Positions 27,252 to 32,000 of a stretch of DNA of 32,000 bases are shown here, in pieces. The position numbers were made by a program, and so were the translations under genes. How positions within the stretch are numbered: the stretch's first letter is position 1; the number at the start of each line of letters is the position of its first letter. The DNA comes from an uncultured archaeon. GTDB lineage: Archaea; Iainarchaeota; Iainarchaeia; Iainarchaeales; JAAZKV01. Below the pieces are notes generated by a model that ran no database searches, was not told the DNA's origin, and worked only from the letters and a program-made list of their open reading frames with translations. The DNA lies in NCBI GenBank assembly GCA_964551375.1, contig CAZKBG010000001.1, forward strand, positions 690,001-722,000, in the 5' to 3' direction.

Positions 27252-27557
27252 TCACTTTGTTAAAGATTCCTTCTTTTTAATTTCCTTCTCAAGCGTCTTA
27301 AGAACACGCTGAACAACTTCTAAAAGCTGCCAATCAGTGTGCTCTGCAAAAAAAGTACCCCTTCCAAGAACTGCTTTTGCATGAATTTCATGCTGGGCGC
27401 GCAAGCCCCCTTTCTTATACTGTTTAAGCGAAAGCTGCAACTCCACATCAGGACCCACTTTTTTTACAAAATGAGCAATAGCCTTGTTAAACAATTCCAA
27501 GTCAACTTCATCAAGCTCAGGGAACTTAACTAATTTTACATTTGCCGGAACATCCAT
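27252..27557 (-). CDS. Small protein resembling ribosome hibernation factor HPF/RaiA N-terminal domain
   Basis: b-a-b-b-b-a layout: VKLVKF / ELFNKAIAHFVKKVG / VELQLSLKQYKKG / QHEIHAKAVLGRGTFFAEHTDWQLLEVVQRVLKTLEKEIKKK. Compare the HPF-type 'AIDxAxDKLExQLxK' helix. Confidence 0.55.
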   Translation of the reverse strand: MDVPANVKLVKFPELDEVDLELFNKAIAHFVKKVGPDVELQLSLKQYKKGGLRAQHEIHAKAVLGRGTFFAEHTDWQLLEVVQRVLKTLEKEIKKKESLTK

Positions 27558-27622
27558 AAAAACACCACATCCAAAAAAGATAGAACTCTTAATAAAATTA
27601 GTTCAATTAGTTTAAAAAAAGA

Positions 27623-29473
27623 TTGAAAAGCCAAACAAAACGCGCAAAAAAAGTGAAAACTGCCCGCGCCAGAAAGGTATTTAGTTATTACAACACAGCA
27701 TATATTATGCAAAACTGCCCGAAAGAATACTCTAAACTTGCAAATACCGCAGTCAACCTTGCAAAAGAAAAGGGAGTAAAAAACTCCACGCTTGAAAGGA
27801 CTTGGAGAGTCGCCATGGATTTGTGCGATAAACAACTCCCTATTTCAGCAATCATTGCGGAAATAATAAAAGAAATCCCTCAAGAAAATATTTCTGAAGA
27901 AGAACTAATCAAACTATTTGGAAAAGAAGCGGTTGATATTTCAAATTATGTCAGACAGCTTAATTCAGTAATACAAAGCAATTACTTAAGAGTGCCTACT
28001 GAAACGCTGAATTCAATAATTCTTTCCATACCAAAGGACTTTCAGCCGATAATTTTAATGATTGCTGATGTAAGCGACATGCTTGAATATAATGACAAAA
28101 GCGGGCTTGAGAAAAATTTTGCAAAAAAAGCTGAAGAAATATGGTTTCCGCTCGCAACAAAACTTGGGCTTAGCAACTACGCATGGAAACTACAGGATTA
28201 CAGTTTTAGAGCAATAAACCCTGAAGGATACGCTAAAGTCAATATGCTTGTGAATAAAGACAGAAAAGCAAGAGAACAATTAATTAAAGATGTCATAAAC
28301 GAAATGCAAAAACTTTTAGCCGGAAAAATGAAAGCAAGGATTATGGGAAGGCCAAAAACACTCAAATCAATTCATGACAAGATGAAAAAAAAACCGTTCT
28401 CAAACATACATGATATTTACGGAATAAGAATAATCTGCGACAAAGAAAAAGAATGCTACGAAGCTTTGGGATATGCGCACTCAAAATATGAAATCATACC
28501 AGAATCTTTTGATGATTATATTACAAAGCCCTGGGCTGACGGATACCAGAGCATACATACCGCTGTGCGAAGAGGAGAAGATATTATTGAAATACAAATA
28601 CGAACATGGACGCACCACTTGCGTTCAATCTCTGATAGGTACTGGAATTACAAAAAAATAATGAAAGACAAGGAATTTGAGAAAGAACTAAGCTGGGAAA
28701 GACAGCTCTTAGAGTGGCAGAAGAACGAATCAGGAACTGGCTTAGGGAAAAAAATCAGCGGACAAAAAATATTTGCGTTTACTCCTAAAAATGAAGTAAT
28801 TGCGATGCCAAACGGAGCGACAGTGGTTGATTTTGCATTTGCAGTGCACACGGATATTGGCAAAAACATGGAAGGGGCAAAAGTCAACGGCAAAGTTGTC
28901 CCAATTGAAACTAAGCTCAAAAACTTGGACAGAGTTGAAATTATAACAAATCAAAAACCCCAGATGAAGAAAAACTGGATAGGGTTTGTAATAACAGAAA
29001 AAGCAAAACAAAAAATCAAATCAGTATTCGGGCTTAAGAGCATAAAAAAACCCGCTGCGCAAATAGGAATAAATGACATTAAAAAAATAAAAATGGCAGA
29101 ATGCTGCAACCCGCTCCCGGGAGAAGACGTAATAGGAGTAAAAACCACAAAAAGAAAAATAATAGTGCACAAAAAAGACTGCCCAAATATAAAAAAGATG
29201 GATAAATCCAAATTAATTGAAATAGGATTTGAAAGAGACAAAGGAAAAACACAAATAAGAGTGAACGTGCTTGACAGGCCAGGAATACTTCCCGAAATAC
29301 TTGACGAAATTAAAAAAGGTGGCGCAACTTTAATCAACACAAATTTCAAAATAAAGAAAACTGGATATGCTGAAGCAATATTTGGGATTGAAATATCAAG
29401 CGCCTCAAAACTTGACAAGTTAATTGAAAGAATTGAACAAATTCCGGGCGTTATGGGCGCTGAAAGACTGTAA
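27623..29473 (+). CDS. relA: RelA/SpoT homolog: degenerate HD-like region, (p)ppGpp synthetase domain, TGS, Cys-containing domain, ACT
   Basis: GRPKTLKSIHDKM, IHDIYGIRII, DGYQSIHTAV, IEIQIRTWTHH. TGS domain IFAFTPKNEVIAMPNGATVVDFAFAVHTDIG...GAKVNGKVVPIETKL. AECCNPLPGEDVIGV. ACT domain IRVNVLDRPGILPEILDEI. Start may instead be TTG 27623 or ATG 27707. Confidence 0.88.
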   Translation: MKSQTKRAKKVKTARARKVFSYYNTAYIMQNCPKEYSKLANTAVNLAKEKGVKNSTLERTWRVAMDLCDKQLPISAIIAEIIKEIPQENISEEELIKLFGKEAVDISNYVRQLNSVIQSNYLRVPTETLNSIILSIPKDFQPIILMIADVSDMLEYNDKSGLEKNFAKKAEEIWFPLATKLGLSNYAWKLQDYSFRAINPEGYAKVNMLVNKDRKAREQLIKDVINEMQKLLAGKMKARIMGRPKTLKSIHDKMKKKPFSNIHDIYGIRIICDKEKECYEALGYAHSKYEIIPESFDDYITKPWADGYQSIHTAVRRGEDIIEIQIRTWTHHLRSISDRYWNYKKIMKDKEFEKELSWERQLLEWQKNESGTGLGKKISGQKIFAFTPKNEVIAMPNGATVVDFAFAVHTDIGKNMEGAKVNGKVVPIETKLKNLDRVEIITNQKPQMKKNWIGFVITEKAKQKIKSVFGLKSIKKPAAQIGINDIKKIKMAECCNPLPGEDVIGVKTTKRKIIVHKKDCPNIKKMDKSKLIEIGFERDKGKTQIRVNVLDRPGILPEILDEIKKGGATLINTNFKIKKTGYAEAIFGIEISSASKLDKLIERIEQIPGVMGAERL

Positions 29474-29545
29474 AACCAGCCACTCTGGCGCAAAAACGTA
29501 TTTATTTAAATCGATGGGAAGACATGTTTTTGGGAGTTGGTCAGA

Positions 29546-30739
29546 ATGAAGTTAAACATACAAATAGCTGTGCTATTTATTCTTTTTATTTTTGCAGCGG
29601 GGGCAATGGCGGCTGCGCCTGACGCAACACAAGTCACTTACAACCCAAGCCCTGCCGTGCCAGGAACAACAATGACTGTAATTATACAGCTTGAGAACAA
29701 ACAGCTTGTATCAGAAAATGATGTTTTTGTTAAACTAGAAAGCACATACCCTTTCACAGTAAAATCAAGCGAGACTGAACAAAATCCAAGAAGCATAGGA
29801 ACAATGGATAAATACGCAAAAGCGCAGGCAAGCTTCACAGTTTATGTTGACCCGACAGCAGAAAATAAAACATACACTTTCCCAGTAATAGTAACTTCAA
29901 ACGGAGACCAGACAGGAAAAAGAACTACTTTTTCAATTGTAATCAGCGGAAAAAGCCCTGTTCTAAAAGTAGTATCAACAACAAACGAGAAACTTCTCCC
30001 AGGACAGGAAAAAGAAATACCAATTACAATCCAAAACGTTGGAACAAGCCCAGCATATGATATAATTGCTGAAATACAAGAAGACAGGACTGTTACTGCA
30101 ACAGGAACAGTAATTGAAAGAGACATAACTTCAGTAGGCGCATCAACCGCATACTTAAATACAATAAATCCCGGCGAAAGAAAAGTGGCAAGCTTAAGAG
30201 TAAATGTAAGCAACACAGCAACAATCAAAAACTACCCTATTCCAATCAGAATCTCATACAGAGATGCAGCAGGAACAAGAATGACTGACACATCCTACAT
30301 CGGACTCAAAGTTTTTGGAACAGCAGATATTGACGCAACAATAAAAGAAAGCAGCGGATCATTCTCTGTGGGACAACAGTCGCAAGTAACTGTGGAAGTT
30401 TTCAATAAAGGATTAGGAAAAGCTGATTTCACACTAATTGAAGTAAGCACCACAGACGGAACTGTTCAAACACCAAAACAATTCATTGGAACACTCGGGC
30501 CAAATGATGTGGACACAGTAAAAACAACAATTGTATTCAACAGAAGCGGAGAACACGCAATTGATGTGAACATCACATACCAAGATGCGGATTCAACACA
30601 AAAGACAAAAACAATAACTCTGCCAGTAAAAACACAGCAAATTTCTGACGGCGGAATGAACCCAGTAATAATTATTGTCGCAATAATAGTAATTGCAGTA
30701 ATAATCTGGAACTTCTTCTTAAGAAAGAAAAAGAAATAG
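29546..30739 (+). CDS. COG1361/CARDB-like surface protein with signal peptide and C-terminal TM anchor
   Basis: MKLNIQIAVLFILFIFAAGAMAA signal peptide, repeated adhesion-like beta domains (NVGTSPAYDI, NKGLGKADFTLI), C-terminal VIIIVAIIVIAVIIWNFFLRKKKK. Confidence 0.8.
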   Translation: MKLNIQIAVLFILFIFAAGAMAAAPDATQVTYNPSPAVPGTTMTVIIQLENKQLVSENDVFVKLESTYPFTVKSSETEQNPRSIGTMDKYAKAQASFTVYVDPTAENKTYTFPVIVTSNGDQTGKRTTFSIVISGKSPVLKVVSTTNEKLLPGQEKEIPITIQNVGTSPAYDIIAEIQEDRTVTATGTVIERDITSVGASTAYLNTINPGERKVASLRVNVSNTATIKNYPIPIRISYRDAAGTRMTDTSYIGLKVFGTADIDATIKESSGSFSVGQQSQVTVEVFNKGLGKADFTLIEVSTTDGTVQTPKQFIGTLGPNDVDTVKTTIVFNRSGEHAIDVNITYQDADSTQKTKTITLPVKTQQISDGGMNPVIIIVAIIVIAVIIWNFFLRKKKK

Positions 30740-30831
30740 AAAACGCAGAAACGCCTTTTTTAGCAGAAGCTAGAAAAGGCAAAAGCTTTTTTTAAAACAA
30801 GAACTTATTGAACTCAAACAAAAGCTTGGAA

Positions 30832-31566
30832 TCAAACATTGTAGTCTTCTTCAACCTTATGAACCTTAATCCCGTCATCAGAAATCTGAATCGGGTGCAA
30901 ATCTTCGCTGTGCTTAGTCGCGCGCATTTTTCTAATATGAAGAGTACGATTGCTCTGAGTGCCAAGCCCCATATAATGCAGCACCACAACACCGTCTGCA
31001 ACAAATTCTTCAACACCATACTTGCCAATCTGCTTTGAGTCTTCATTAATTTCAGTAGTGAAGACTGTTGTAACACCGGCTCTCGAAAGAAGATAAACAA
31101 TCTTTAAAACAGCCTTTCTAATCTCGTGCTCAGAGTCAAAATTCAAGCCAAGCGCAGGAATTGAATCAATAACAACCCTCTTAGCTTTGATTTTCTTAAT
31201 AGCACGCATTAATTCAAGCAAAAGCTTGTCAAGATCAAACCCAGTGGCTGGGAGAGAGAATTCTTCATCACTTGGAATTCCAAGCTTAGCCATTGTTCCG
31301 TCAACAATTCTAATCATCCCCGCATCTTCATACTGGCGCAAATTCCAGCCGAACCTCAACATATCTTCCCTAATCAAGTCAGGGCGCTCATCAAGAGTAA
31401 GATAAACTCCCGGCTCGTTTAATTTAACTCCGGAAACCAAATACTGCATCGCAAAAATAGTTTTGCCTGTCCCTGTTCCGCCTGAAATCAAAAAGCTTCT
31501 TCCTTCAGGCAGCCCGCCTTCAACCAGTTCGTCAAAACCGCCAATTCCAGTCTTAATACGATTCAT
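30832..31566 (-). CDS. Single-domain KaiC-like RecA-superfamily ATPase
   Basis: TGIGGFDELVEGGLPEGRSFLISGGTGTGKTIFAMQYL, GVYLTLDERPD, RVVIDSIPAL, VADGVVVLHYM. Confidence 0.92.
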   Translation of the reverse strand: MNRIKTGIGGFDELVEGGLPEGRSFLISGGTGTGKTIFAMQYLVSGVKLNEPGVYLTLDERPDLIREDMLRFGWNLRQYEDAGMIRIVDGTMAKLGIPSDEEFSLPATGFDLDKLLLELMRAIKKIKAKRVVIDSIPALGLNFDSEHEIRKAVLKIVYLLSRAGVTTVFTTEINEDSKQIGKYGVEEFVADGVVVLHYMGLGTQSNRTLHIRKMRATKHSEDLHPIQISDDGIKVHKVEEDYNV

Positions 31567-31737
31567 AAAATCAACAAAACAATAATGCTTTACTGGCTTA
31601 TTAACTTTACCATGGGAAAGAATAGTAAATTGGAAATAAAATTAATGTCCAAGAAATTGAGTTTGGTTTAATTAAAGAACTAAAAAACACTAAAAATACT
31701 AAAAAAAGCAAATTAACCAAAAAAAAGAAAAAAGAAG

Positions 31738-31811
31738 TGGGACTGGAGAGATTTGAACCCTCGACACCACGGTCTTCAGCCGTGTGCTCTCCCAGGCTGA
31801 GCTACAGTCCC
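31738..31811 (-). tRNA. tRNA-Phe(GAA)
   Basis: Minus strand GGGACTGTAGCTCAGCCTGGGAGAGCACACGGCTGAAGACCGTGGTGTCGAGGGTTCAAATCTCTCCAGTCCCA folds as a 74-nt cloverleaf. Anticodon loop CTGAAGA, no encoded CCA, followed by a T-rich tract. Confidence 0.96.
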
Positions 31812-31870
31812 AGACTCCTTAAAATAAATAGCTACCCAAAGGTTTTTAATAATCGCTAAAACAACAAAAA

Positions 31871-32000
31871 TTACAACATTTTATTGATTTTTGAAACAGA
31901 GACAACAATTGCTGATTTTGCAGGCAGCCCCTTATTTTCAGGAATTGTTTTAATCAAATCAAAATACTTTCCTGACTTTTGGACTGACGCTGTTCCAAGC
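31871..32000 (-). CDS. C-terminal fragment of a CDS running off the window (unknown product)
   Basis: Minus frame is open from the window edge to TAA at 31871: ...LGTASVQKSGKYFDLIKTIPENKGLPAKSAIVVSVSKINKML*. Confidence 0.4.
   Translation of the reverse strand, partial: LGTASVQKSGKYFDLIKTIPENKGLPAKSAIVVSVSKINKML

Noticed and set aside
27055-27255. 66-aa antisense ORF (MIYFFFFFFGLAFAFLAFLG...)
   Set aside because: Reverse complement of the Lys-run tail of the 57-aa protein; a Phe/Leu-rich artefact.
28951-29493. 180-aa antisense ORF opposite the relA TGS/ACT region
   Set aside because: Opposite strand of clearly conserved TGS/ACT coding sequence; low-complexity Ser/Ile/Phe translation.
1-32000. 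CRISPR array, insertion sequence or prophage
   Set aside because: No regularly spaced repeats, transposase/integrase motifs or phage structural genes were recognised in either strand.

Overview
This is an archaeal chromosomal window that looks DPANN/Diapherotrites-like (taxonomy is inference). It is AT-rich and densely packed, with no CRISPR array, transposase or integrase seen. Main contents:
(1) Most of an SRP system: ftsY, ffh/srp54 and a convincing archaeal 7S SRP RNA at ~26672-26937.
(2) An htpX-lemA pair.
(3) A membrane-anchored wHTH regulator upstream of a secreted coiled-coil protein and a small lipoprotein, with phased GTTCC repeats around the TATA box.
(4) Archaeal prepilin peptidase, NAD-epimerase, GGGP synthase and an RPA/OB-fold protein.
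(5) A deoxynucleotide/cofactor island (~12.1-22.8 kb): P-loop kinase, cob(I)alamin adenosyltransferase, class II B12-dependent RNR, thioredoxin-fold protein with a DsbA-like CPHC site, DUF4430 lipoprotein plus ECF-S-like membrane protein, NUDIX, glyA, thyA, folA, and a small radical SAM protein with viperin-like motifs.
(6) radA.
(7) A bacterial-looking single-domain Tgt.
(8) A full-length bacterial-style RelA/SpoT homolog with a degenerate HD region, divergent from an HPF/RaiA-like small protein.
(9) A COG1361-like surface protein, a single-domain KaiC ATPase and tRNA-Phe(GAA).
The best leads are the archaeal RelA plus HPF-like pair, the B12 uptake/adenosylation/RNR module, and the viperin-like radical SAM protein. 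All assignments were made by eye from motifs; no database search was run.
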